Of a DNA stretch of 64,000 bases, positions 44,101-52,460 are shown in pieces. The notes below the pieces were generated by a model. That model worked only from the letters and a program-made list of their open reading frames with translations. It was not told where the DNA came from and made no database searches. The position numbers and the translations under genes were made by a program. Position 1 is the first letter of the stretch. Each line of letters starts with the position of its first letter. This DNA comes from a virus (Duplodnaviria; Heunggongvirae; Uroviricota; Caudoviricetes), in IMG/VR virus record IMGVR_UViG_3300028797_000099, positions 64,001-128,000 of that record; one strand, written 5' to 3'.

Positions 44101-45185
44101 GGCGTTGCTGACGTAATATTCTCAATTCCACCATTGTTCGGAACCTGATATATCGTCTCGGTGAATACACGCCCTGGAGCCATAGCCGCACTCGGCTTGA
44201 ACAACAGCCTGAACATATCCTGGCGCTTCGCCCATTCGTTCATCTTTTTGTTCTGACCAAGAGTGTTTTCTTTTTTCCGCTTCGGTTTGTCCAGAGGAGC
44301 GATACTATTCGTCGAAGCAGCCAGCGTATTGTTTACGTCCTTGGAGATGTCATAGACCACGCCAGTGGTTTCATCCATGCGATACTTATCGCTTGCGTCC
44401 GTCCATTCCTTGAGCATCACCCGGTAAAGACTTTGCACTGGCAATCCGTATTCGTCTTCCAGCTTTTTCTTTGCCGCCTCGTTAGTAGTGGTCACATCAG
44501 TCCTAATATCACGGTCGTCGATAGATGTAGACAAAACTACTGCATTCGGGTTGATTTGAACCCTGCAAGGAATACCGATGTTAGCAGCTTCCTCACCCGT
44601 CCTGTGTAAGCCAATTCCAAGCACTAAACGCTTAATATCGATAAACGGGATACTTTCTAGGCTATCCACACCATAATGCTGCAATATCCTGTTATGGACA
44701 TCATCACTCATCATAACCGGGTTAGTCGCCGTCTCGTAAGTTCTCTTTCTGGCACCATCTTCCCCTTCCGCAATGATTTCATACATCACTCGTTCAGCAC
44801 TGAAATACACGTTTTTACCGTCAAGACCAGGAACCATGAACGAGATTTTGTCAATAGCATTATTTTCATTCCACAGAAGGTCGAATCTATTTACCTTACG
44901 AGCCCATTTCCTTGCCATCGGGAAGGCTTCCTGGAACGGAATACGCAATTTGTAGTCGAGTTCATCTGGGCTGAGTTCCACTCTCTTTTCTGATGTGAGA
45001 ACGGTATTTTCTTCTCCAGGAACAGGCTCGGCAACAGGTGAAATATCAAGTCCATCAGCATCGTCAAACAAGTCCTGAACACCTTCAAACAAGACTCCGT
45101 TTATTTCCTTGACCGCTTCAAGAACAGTCTTTTTCAGCCTCATCTGGCCAAGATATTTTTCAAAAACCTCTTTCCTACTAGACAT
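41112..45185 (-). CDS. Very large hypothetical protein with leader-like N-terminus and probable beta-helical central region
   Basis: VFEKYLGQMRLKKTVLEAVKEINGVLFEG; TATAAACTA at 45218-45224. Confidence 0.7.
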   Translation of the reverse strand: MSSRKEVFEKYLGQMRLKKTVLEAVKEINGVLFEGVQDLFDDADGLDISPVAEPVPGEENTVLTSEKRVELSPDELDYKLRIPFQEAFPMARKWARKVNRFDLLWNENNAIDKISFMVPGLDGKNVYFSAERVMYEIIAEGEDGARKRTYETATNPVMMSDDVHNRILQHYGVDSLESIPFIDIKRLVLGIGLHRTGEEAANIGIPCRVQINPNAVVLSTSIDDRDIRTDVTTTNEAAKKKLEDEYGLPVQSLYRVMLKEWTDASDKYRMDETTGVVYDISKDVNNTLAASTNSIAPLDKPKRKKENTLGQNKKMNEWAKRQDMFRLLFKPSAAMAPGRVFTETIYQVPNNGGIENITSATPYVYMDDDNYDSYVKNNPNFDQSQVKRYGVDMLNTIVKTEYEGRSLTSTAASNAYGYDENGWVENIECALDKNGDYTLQEGVEAKIRQAYGKGVSSNLNNYVAGKNTVMIGGTKDAEGNVVSEGTPCHPLILLGRTPNGYLSAKVVAMFDDSSCKPGESLERIVGKTGLKGGVPTIRGFAIIVDGCNLAKDGEFVIGKCELSKVDISQSTGFVNIGYGSSLVDTTIAVGNNGANEMLPNNRIYGEISKKGLRGVTIIKSKIRSSTIENGYATIDDCNLVNLHMSNAGDKTFNGWKRGLDPVDAANVTFKGDNLISIFGTASYETGFIKSAANGSKGHKLFEKGEVVTQLVGDVTLDSSAGSVACSGCYLNNVVANGPCSIRTCTLKGTTVGANAEGGGQFARTEISGVNTTPAENIAKCIRIDHGRRRGTVFGKSREDRSAGLIELAGRVYVEGGAHVFGSEISSPQGSDDEVVVRGNMHLEGCSPYSLNETDSAMLSVFLNNDAILKGDCTDAISVANRLQLGQNTFGGSAKGENPLVKYAKFKAGDMSVAGLTLFPTKFLVKDFVANNPSSVHMNKSVFLDIDPDGNIIPNERLKTTIWDHTGAFFIGVINQKPDASGKPVNVARQIVMLKCPNVVLNHDAILRKRKLFVQNMDFDMYAAGKITLREYLKFLEENGYNDCFRYVSEKDFVQIFLINGKDHKTPLSLTADQMKIVEKNSQSRVNQFRDDVIDSPNHIGKIDNYDTIMNAYTDIDGRMMIDTERAHYEYSSPVVDDEGKVIQSTCSKQWRDDDDVWHYPTPYKVDCKSDAMYRAGYKYLLDSGTSANRHALDIIARAISGNTEGLKQKNSLAYQLNMLRGNAMKSNDVDESLVDPYNQILAQLNLKSNEKVYFLRGRDARHDGMPYSVLAKCSKVGYVDSSEREFYENAGNTKMRYQQITYSPEKGLGFGKTYIGPVRLRSDTRSPMVHREGLLAREATLNDFLRLGVPDPRKRQM

Positions 45186-45235
45186 GATAACCCATAATTG
45201 GTTAATTTTCATGTATAGTTTATAACCTATCAAAG

Positions 45236-45268
45236 CAAAAAACCCGTCCAACCAAATGGACGGGCCAC
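45236..45268 (-). terminator. Intrinsic terminator
   Basis: CCCGTCCA-TTTGGT-TGGACGGG-TTTTTT. Confidence 0.75.
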
Positions 45269-45309
45269 ATTTTCAGGCTATCTTCTCACTCTTCGGATGG
45301 TTCGTCGGC

Positions 45310-45957
45310 CTATACCCGCTCATCCGCCTCGAAGATAAGCTCATCATCGGAAGCATACTCGATTGCATCAGCCGCATCGAGCATGTCTATGTACTTCTGC
45401 TTGCGCTCCTCCGTAAGGAACGGGTCAGGTTCTAACCCTTGGATTATGCTCTTGGCCTCCCTGAACGAACCCGTCATAATTAGCGAGTAGGCATTGCCAA
45501 GCTTGACTCCGATTTCAAGCGGGGTGATTCCCGTGAACTTTGTCAGGCGGCACTCTTCCTTGAAGAGGGCAATCATCTCGTAGCCAACGTCGATGTTATA
45601 CATGACTTCACCAAGGTTTCCGTCCATCGACCGAATACGGTTAAGATTACTATTCAATTCGTCAACATACCTGTCGTAAGTAACCTTTTTCCCTAGAAAG
45701 TCAAACACCTCATGCTCGGCATAGTTTTCCTGGGTAAGCGGGTTATCTACGGCAGTCTTAGACCAGTAATCCTTGTTGTTATAGACGCACTTGCCGTCGA
45801 CGTGGGTAATGCGTGAAACATATTTCATGTCAAACTCCTGTAAGATTAAGTAATCTTTTATATCTTGTCCAGATTGTTCCATCATTATATCCAAATTCTG
45901 CTTATTCGGACACATAAAATGAATCTTATAGTCTTCTTTCCCTACGGCGTAAAGCAT
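45310..45957 (-). CDS. Hypothetical protein, possibly fibre assembly/chaperone
   Basis: Directly downstream of fibre-like genes. Confidence 0.55.
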   Translation of the reverse strand: MLYAVGKEDYKIHFMCPNKQNLDIMMEQSGQDIKDYLILQEFDMKYVSRITHVDGKCVYNNKDYWSKTAVDNPLTQENYAEHEVFDFLGKKVTYDRYVDELNSNLNRIRSMDGNLGEVMYNIDVGYEMIALFKEECRLTKFTGITPLEIGVKLGNAYSLIMTGSFREAKSIIQGLEPDPFLTEERKQKYIDMLDAADAIEYASDDELIFEADERV

Positions 45958-47162
45958 TATATATCACTCCCATTTATTCTAACAAAATATTTGTCTCCTG
46001 ACTGAACAGCGACAAGATTAAAGTCCTTTGCATAATTATCAGTTACCATTTCGCAATAGTTTGTCGCATTATATGTGTCGTCTACATTAACTATTGCTTC
46101 GTAATTTGTAGCAACTTCCCACTGACTGCCCGTCCATATAACAACAGCACGATAATTTATTCCACCAGTCCAAGTATTTGCGTTTGATTTATAATATATG
46201 TCAAACTGAGATTTGTTAGACGGCTCATTATCTACTGGAGTCATAGAGCGAATTTTATTATTACTCCAAGGCCATTTGGTCGTATAAATCTTGTGCTTGC
46301 AATTAGTAAACACCTTCGTTCCGTTCCCTGCATTAAATCCAGCACCATAGCCATCACCAACATTCATTATAAACTCATCGCCGTCGTTAGTTCCCATTGT
46401 ATAGAACATGAACGCATATCTATCTATATCATCATTAAAAGAACCACCAGTACTACCAAAATCAGAATCAGTAAATACATGAGTAACTCTACTCATATTC
46501 CTATGCAAAAGATAAGGGTATGGGTTTCCTTGACCACCATTTGAAGGCTGCAAGCCATTTGTTAGTCCAGCACCTCTCCAAATGAAATAGCTATCAACAG
46601 GATTTTGTAGCTGAGTTATTTCGGCGAATGTTGCAGCTTCGCCACTACAACGATGGTTTGACGCTCCTGAATAGACAGAATTTACATTTTGTATGTTACT
46701 GAACGATTTATAATTACCAGTCAGTCCAACATACTGAGGAACATACATTCCATCGTTTTGGCCACGCATGCTTATGTAATACTTGTTCCCGGCATACAAC
46801 GTGATTGTTCCCAGACTTGTCCACGTCCTCAATATACCCGTCTTGTTATAGATGGTCACGTCACTCTGTGCGCCATTACCATTTTGATATGCGACACATA
46901 GACCGACTTCATTCAATATGCGAAGTATACATTCCGTGTTATAATGCTCACCCAACGTAGAGACCGAGTCGAGTGTTATGTCGGTAGAAGGGATAATCTC
47001 AATCAACTTATCTGTTGTATTATAATACCCATCTTTAAAAAGATATTTAATTTTCGCCCATACCAGAACATTACCGTAATATACATAGTCAACAGACATA
47101 TCCCCAAAGTACATATCTTCGGTATTAGCTCCGTTGAACATTATGTATCCATCTGCTGCCAT
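45957..47162 (-). CDS. Tail fibre/receptor-binding-like protein
   Basis: N-terminal MYFGDMSVDYVYYGNVLVW motif typical of fibre-associated proteins; N/G/Y-rich; AT-rich DNA. Confidence 0.5.
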   Translation of the reverse strand: MAADGYIMFNGANTEDMYFGDMSVDYVYYGNVLVWAKIKYLFKDGYYNTTDKLIEIIPSTDITLDSVSTLGEHYNTECILRILNEVGLCVAYQNGNGAQSDVTIYNKTGILRTWTSLGTITLYAGNKYYISMRGQNDGMYVPQYVGLTGNYKSFSNIQNVNSVYSGASNHRCSGEAATFAEITQLQNPVDSYFIWRGAGLTNGLQPSNGGQGNPYPYLLHRNMSRVTHVFTDSDFGSTGGSFNDDIDRYAFMFYTMGTNDGDEFIMNVGDGYGAGFNAGNGTKVFTNCKHKIYTTKWPWSNNKIRSMTPVDNEPSNKSQFDIYYKSNANTWTGGINYRAVVIWTGSQWEVATNYEAIVNVDDTYNATNYCEMVTDNYAKDFNLVAVQSGDKYFVRINGSDI

Positions 47163-47189
47163 TAGATTACTCCTTCAGTCAACCCATCT

Positions 47190-48770
47190 TTAAGCCACCG
47201 TTCCTGTACTCAGAACAAAGTGAAGAATACCGTCATTTGCCCACTGAGTCGGGTCTGCACCTGCATTTTCAATCTTGGCCTTGATGTAGTAGAACGTATT
47301 TCCCTCAGCTCTCTGATAAGAATTATTCGTAAGGGTATACTGAGTTCCCGTAGGACCCGTCGGGCCAGGAGCTCCATTAGTACCATTCGTGCCATTCGTA
47401 CCCGTTGCTCCCCGAGGGCCTGCTGGGCCTGTCGCACCTTTTTGACCGACAAGGCTAGCTAAGAAGTCTTCCTCGGTTCCAGTATGCCCCTTTTCTAGCC
47501 AAATCTCATATGCGGATTTTCCGTCATCGCCTGTTGCCCCGGTCGGGCCTGCTGGGCCCGCTTCACCGTCCTGTCCATCAACGCCTGATGCACCTGTCGG
47601 ACCTCTTGGGCCCGGTTCACCGTCTTCACCCTTTTCACCCTGCGGAGCGCTAAATTCAACCCACCTTGAATCATCCGCATATGGATGCGTTGTAGACATA
47701 AACGGGCTGCTCGCTTGGCAAATCCACATGGAGTTATCTTGACTGTCTTGCGACTTCTGGTCAAACACATAATCATTGCCAGCATAAGTCGTTCCAGATA
47801 CCCAAGCTCCTTTATTATTCAGACCTACGCCAGCCGGACCCTGAGGTCCCTCTGGGCCTGTCTGTCCCTGTGGTCCCTCTGGCCCGACCAAGGCATTCAA
47901 GAAGTCAGCCTCCGTTCCAGTATTTCCCGCATCTATCCATACTTCATATGCGGATTTTCCGTCACTTCCCGTTGCGCCAGTAGGTCCCGTTACACCACCA
48001 GTGACTCCTGTAATTCCCGGAGGGGTTGCCCATTCCAGGCCAGAACCGTCTTCTTTTACCCTGAGGTAGTCACCATTGTGCCAGTCGTAGCGGTAATACG
48101 GGAGCCTTTCCTGATACTCGGCCATCCATATGGATTCACCAGGCTTTATTTCATAGAGCCTCATGTAGTCTTCGTCCTTGTACCTGATGTAGGCAATCAG
48201 CCCACCACGATAAGGAGTGGAATACATGCCCATGCGGAAAAACTCTATGCGGACAGCCTTGCCAGGATTAGGTGCATACTGGCTCCACCATTCAGACTGG
48301 TCCTGCCATGTCACCATGCGGTAAACAGCACTCCAACCTTCCTTTCCATTGCGTCCGTCAACTTCGTACAGCTCGAAAATCTGACCGTCTTCATACCATT
48401 CGAAAAGCTGGTCGGCTGTAACCCTCGGATATCCACTAGGGTCATCAGGGTCTTCTGCCTCAAGGTCATGCAACCAGTCGCCAGCAGGGTGCTGCGCATC
48501 ATCGCTCGCATTGGTATACCACCTGAGAAGACGGTGAACGCTAGTACGTCCTTCACCCGTCGCACCCCGTGGGCCTATCGGGCCTGTTGGGCCTGTTGGG
48601 CCTATTTGTCCACGGGCCGCTTCACGCAATGCGTCTAAGCTAAAACCGACAGTCTGACGGCCTACACCACCCCGTTTCTTCATTGTAGCAAGAAAGTAGG
48701 CATCATCGACAGTTCCTGTGTAGCTTCCTGTATATAACGGCAATCCAATTATTTTCTTTCCTTTAAACAT
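47190..48770 (-). CDS. Collagen-like (Gly-X-Y) fibre protein
   Basis: Several GPTG/GPEG/GATG blocks; duplicated DGKSAYE.W...G.TGTE.DFL..LVG unit. Confidence 0.85.
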   Translation of the reverse strand: MFKGKKIIGLPLYTGSYTGTVDDAYFLATMKKRGGVGRQTVGFSLDALREAARGQIGPTGPTGPIGPRGATGEGRTSVHRLLRWYTNASDDAQHPAGDWLHDLEAEDPDDPSGYPRVTADQLFEWYEDGQIFELYEVDGRNGKEGWSAVYRMVTWQDQSEWWSQYAPNPGKAVRIEFFRMGMYSTPYRGGLIAYIRYKDEDYMRLYEIKPGESIWMAEYQERLPYYRYDWHNGDYLRVKEDGSGLEWATPPGITGVTGGVTGPTGATGSDGKSAYEVWIDAGNTGTEADFLNALVGPEGPQGQTGPEGPQGPAGVGLNNKGAWVSGTTYAGNDYVFDQKSQDSQDNSMWICQASSPFMSTTHPYADDSRWVEFSAPQGEKGEDGEPGPRGPTGASGVDGQDGEAGPAGPTGATGDDGKSAYEIWLEKGHTGTEEDFLASLVGQKGATGPAGPRGATGTNGTNGTNGAPGPTGPTGTQYTLTNNSYQRAEGNTFYYIKAKIENAGADPTQWANDGILHFVLSTGTVA

Positions 48771-48834
48771 AGCGTGACCAGCAAAACTTTACAAATAGTT
48801 TATAACACCACGATAGTTTTAATGCTAAAAGGAA

Positions 48835-48858
48835 AGGCGACCTTGTCGGGTCGCCTTG
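48835..48858. terminator. Terminator-like hairpin
   Basis: aaggcgacc-ttgtc-gggtcgcctt. Confidence 0.55.
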
Positions 48859-48882
48859 TTATATGATGCGTAAGTTTATAAA

Positions 48883-49539
48883 TTATTTCAGCATATTCAG
48901 CTTTCCGATGTAGTTCCGCAAGCCTGCGGCAAGCTTGTCAAGGTTCGGCTTGAATTTCGGAACCTGGTCCTGGCTTCCTTGTGGGAACCAAGAAGCCGGG
49001 TCGGAAACAATCTGTGCCAACTGTTCCATGGAATTCAGGACAGCGATAAGGTGTTGTCTGTCATTGATGCCAGCGTTACCCTTGATTGACGCCATCTTCT
49101 GATTCATCGCATTGATGTTTCCCTCGACTCCAGAATTTTCCGTTCCGTTAATCAAGTCAAGAGCATTGTTCAACTCTTCGAGTCTTCCGTCGGCATCAAT
49201 AGCGTTGCAATAATCCCTTGTTGCAGAATCAGTGTCGTTTCCATACGGAGTTTCAACGATTCGCTGGCCACCGGGAAGCTTGTTCGGCCTGCCCTGCTGC
49301 TGTCCATAGCCCTGTCCATAACCCTGTCCTTCAAACTGAGGACGTTGCTGGTATGCACCCGGCGGCATGATGCCGGGATTTCCCATCGGCTGTTGATATC
49401 CCTGCTGGGGATAGCCCTGTTGAGGATAGCCCTGTTGAGGATAGCCCTGCTGAGGGTAATACTGAGGCTGCTGAGGATATCCCTGTTGCGGTGCGTACTG
49501 CGGTTGCTGAGGCTGTCCAAAGTATTCGTTATTGTTCAT
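48883..49539 (-). CDS. Protein with PQQGY low-complexity N-terminus and helical C-terminus
   Basis: PQQGYPQQPQYYPQQGYPQQGYPQQGYPQQGYQQ. Confidence 0.8.
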   Translation of the reverse strand: MNNNEYFGQPQQPQYAPQQGYPQQPQYYPQQGYPQQGYPQQGYPQQGYQQPMGNPGIMPPGAYQQRPQFEGQGYGQGYGQQQGRPNKLPGGQRIVETPYGNDTDSATRDYCNAIDADGRLEELNNALDLINGTENSGVEGNINAMNQKMASIKGNAGINDRQHLIAVLNSMEQLAQIVSDPASWFPQGSQDQVPKFKPNLDKLAAGLRNYIGKLNMLK

Positions 49540-49579
49540 AATCTACCTAGTAGACGTTTCCATCCTTAAATTATATTTT

Positions 49580-50242
49580 TTATTCCCTGTTCACATACAG
49601 GTTGATGTCATACTTTACGGCATCAATCCTAAACGTTTTTACATACTTGTAGTGGACTTTCCTCATCAGCTCGTTCGTAGTCACATCATCGGCTGGACAT
49701 ACTAGGAAGGTCGCAATCTTCTGTTCAAGCAGATGATTTACCAGCTCTTGGGCGATAGGATACTCATTCATCTCGGAAGATACAACGAAATACTCGATTT
49801 CAAGCCGATTGTCAAGGTTGTATGCGCTGTGGAGAGAATATGTCTCGGCGGGGACGATATTCATGTAGTTTTCCTTGGTCGGGTCAGAAACGGTAAGAAC
49901 GCCTACCGGGACGTCTTCGTATGTGATGTACTCAACCAGGTCAGAGTTTTTTATTTGTTCCACAGTATCCGGCTGAGCAACAATACGTTTCAGATTACGG
50001 AAATCATCACTGTACTTACCATCGATTAGTTTTCCAAGCTCACTCAGAGTGGCATCATCGATGTCGCTCGGGTTCTTTATATACAGCTTGAAGTTTTCAT
50101 CAAACGGTCCAGCGTTGGTCTGACCATCAATCTCGAAACCGTCGATTACGCCGCCATCATCTTCCGGCTGGTATTCCTCAATCAGTGATTCACCACTGAT
50201 AGCCTCGAAGAGCTCATGTTCAGGAACATCTTTGAAATCCAT
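49580..50242 (-). CDS. Hypothetical protein, possible degenerate GNAT fold
   Basis: VPVGVLTV...LEIEYFVVS...IAQELV...ELMRKVHYK; GGAGG SD before ATG 50242. Confidence 0.45.
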   Translation of the reverse strand: MDFKDVPEHELFEAISGESLIEEYQPEDDGGVIDGFEIDGQTNAGPFDENFKLYIKNPSDIDDATLSELGKLIDGKYSDDFRNLKRIVAQPDTVEQIKNSDLVEYITYEDVPVGVLTVSDPTKENYMNIVPAETYSLHSAYNLDNRLEIEYFVVSSEMNEYPIAQELVNHLLEQKIATFLVCPADDVTTNELMRKVHYKYVKTFRIDAVKYDINLYVNRE

Positions 50243-50252
50243 ATAGGCCTCC

Positions 50253-50867
50253 CTAGATTCCATCACCTGCCGATTCCGACGGGTCTTCCTCGCCTTCTGC
50301 CACTTCGCCAGTTTCATCAACGGGTTCCGTGTCATCGGCATTTGGGACCACGTCAACTTCCGGGCCGGGTTGTTCTGGAGTCGGCTCGATTGAGTTAATG
50401 AAGTCAAGCGACTGGTTGGTCATGTCTGAATCTCCATTTACCGAGCTAGCATCAGCCTGCTCATTCATGGCAATGCTCGCACCAGTCAGGTCATTGTTTT
50501 CCGGGTTCATTGAATTAGCCCAGTCAGCAACCTCATCCCAATTATTCATATCCATAGCACTGAACTCATTTGCCCCAGGTGCCTGTTCGGTTGTAGACGG
50601 ATTGACATCATCCGAAAACTCGACTTCTGGATGCATCAGTTCAGCCTTCACTTTCTCGGCAGCATATTTCACTACATCGTACGGTTCATTCATGTTATCA
50701 TAGGAACCCGGCGACATCATGCGTTTGTCCTGTTCAGAACGAATCTCTGCATCCAACTTTGCGGCAACCGTTCCCTGGTCTACACCCGATAAACCAGCCA
50801 AGTCAGAAACCACGGGCGTTCCACTGCTAAGTGGATTCGCCTTGATAACTATATCCTCACCTCTCAT
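50253..50867 (-). CDS. Highly acidic hypothetical protein (possible prohead core component)
   Basis: D/E-rich; in late operon. Confidence 0.65.
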   Translation of the reverse strand: MRGEDIVIKANPLSSGTPVVSDLAGLSGVDQGTVAAKLDAEIRSEQDKRMMSPGSYDNMNEPYDVVKYAAEKVKAELMHPEVEFSDDVNPSTTEQAPGANEFSAMDMNNWDEVADWANSMNPENNDLTGASIAMNEQADASSVNGDSDMTNQSLDFINSIEPTPEQPGPEVDVVPNADDTEPVDETGEVAEGEEDPSESAGDGI

Positions 50868-50877
50868 GGCTTACCTC

Positions 50878-52440
50878 TTAAAACGGTTGATTTTCATCCG
50901 TTTGGCTAGTGTCACTATTGCCACCAAGATTTGGCAATTCTTCGCTCGTATTTTCACTAATCTTGTCTACTTGGCCAATGTCGTTGATGTCCGGCCCAGT
51001 ACCAAGGTCGGCGCCAGCCATGCCTGTATCCAGGCCGCCCGTGCCGTCATCCATACCAGGCATTCCTGTATCCATACCAGCCATGCCTGTATCCATACCG
51101 CCAACGCCGCCTCCAATGCCGCCTCCAATGCCGCCCGTGCCTGCATCCATACCGCCAGCGCCTGCACCTCCCATTCCAGTTGCAGCAGTACCATCGTCAG
51201 GAAGACCCATGCCTGAATCCATATTTTCTTCACTGTTCGTAGTCTCACGGCCTTCACCCTTACGAGCAGCCATTTCCTGCATCATTTTGTCGCTATACAG
51301 CCATGACTCAAACTCCAACGCAGAGTTTACATCGTTAGATTCAAGGAACCGACAGAATGCTTCGGCTTCCTTTTCATAAACCATTCCTTTGAATTGCTTA
51401 TAGAAGGTCTGGAATTCTTCAAGCTTTTTCACAGGCGACCAGTCCGTCATAATTCCCTGCGTACCCTTGCTAATCTGTTTTCCCGTCGGCATCAATCCTT
51501 GGTGATTCTGTCTCGCCTCATTAGCCATTTTGTCCGCCAGAATGTTTGTCAGTCTAGTAAAACTTCCGTTTTGTGAACTATCCTGAGACACAGTCGTGCT
51601 TAGCTTCTCTAGACAGTAGTCGACAAAGTTTACCTCTTTGTTAGGACCTTCAAGGTCGCCTCCAAGGCCCGCATTCCCACCAGTGGCACCACCAGCAGCG
51701 TTGCCGCCCATTCCTCCTGACATGTCAGGAGCCATGCCAGTTCCATTATCCGCAGGAGCGGCAAAATCGGCTTCGCCAAACCCTCCGTCAGCACCACCCA
51801 TGTCAGATTCCATGATAGCATTAGCGATATTCAGTAGACCACGCATATCAGCATCCATTATAGGCTGATATCCGTTTTCGTCCGTAGAATAGATATTATC
51901 TTCCTCAGCCATTTCGTTGGCTTCCTTAATCGCATCATCGCAACACTGCAGAATAGTCTGTCCAAACCCGTCTATATAGTGTTCTGAATCCAACGAGAGT
52001 TCAAACATTTTTTCAACGAAATCATCGACATTATACTTAATCGTTATGTTTCCGTTATCGTTAGGATATAGCATATCAACGACAACAGAGTGGTTTTTCC
52101 TATTCATCTTGAACTTAGCATGTGCAGAGTCACATACTACATTTCCTAGGTCAAGACGGAACAAAGACTGACCAACAGACTGTGCGACCGCCTCTGTCAG
52201 AGCCTTGTTCAAAATTGTCTGTATCGTCGTGTATCCGTGAGGGTTACAATCCTTGTTCACCTTCTTTGCGAGGTCTCCCCAATTAACACCCTTTTCGCCA
52301 CGGACATGTTTGCCCTGAATTGATGCAACAATATTCTTCATCGTCTCGATTGGCACAGCTTTGGCGGGTTTTACCGGGCCGCTTTCAGTGTGGACGTATG
52401 CAAACGTGCTGTTGTTATTCATACTTATGAACTCCGACAT
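50878..52440 (-). CDS. Hypothetical protein with Gly/Met/Asp-rich repeats
   Basis: GGMDTGMAGMDTGMPGMDDG; TATAAACTA upstream. Confidence 0.75.
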   Translation of the reverse strand: MSEFISMNNNSTFAYVHTESGPVKPAKAVPIETMKNIVASIQGKHVRGEKGVNWGDLAKKVNKDCNPHGYTTIQTILNKALTEAVAQSVGQSLFRLDLGNVVCDSAHAKFKMNRKNHSVVVDMLYPNDNGNITIKYNVDDFVEKMFELSLDSEHYIDGFGQTILQCCDDAIKEANEMAEEDNIYSTDENGYQPIMDADMRGLLNIANAIMESDMGGADGGFGEADFAAPADNGTGMAPDMSGGMGGNAAGGATGGNAGLGGDLEGPNKEVNFVDYCLEKLSTTVSQDSSQNGSFTRLTNILADKMANEARQNHQGLMPTGKQISKGTQGIMTDWSPVKKLEEFQTFYKQFKGMVYEKEAEAFCRFLESNDVNSALEFESWLYSDKMMQEMAARKGEGRETTNSEENMDSGMGLPDDGTAATGMGGAGAGGMDAGTGGIGGGIGGGVGGMDTGMAGMDTGMPGMDDGTGGLDTGMAGADLGTGPDINDIGQVDKISENTSEELPNLGGNSDTSQTDENQPF

Positions 52441-52460
52441 GTAGTCTAATCATTCATAGT

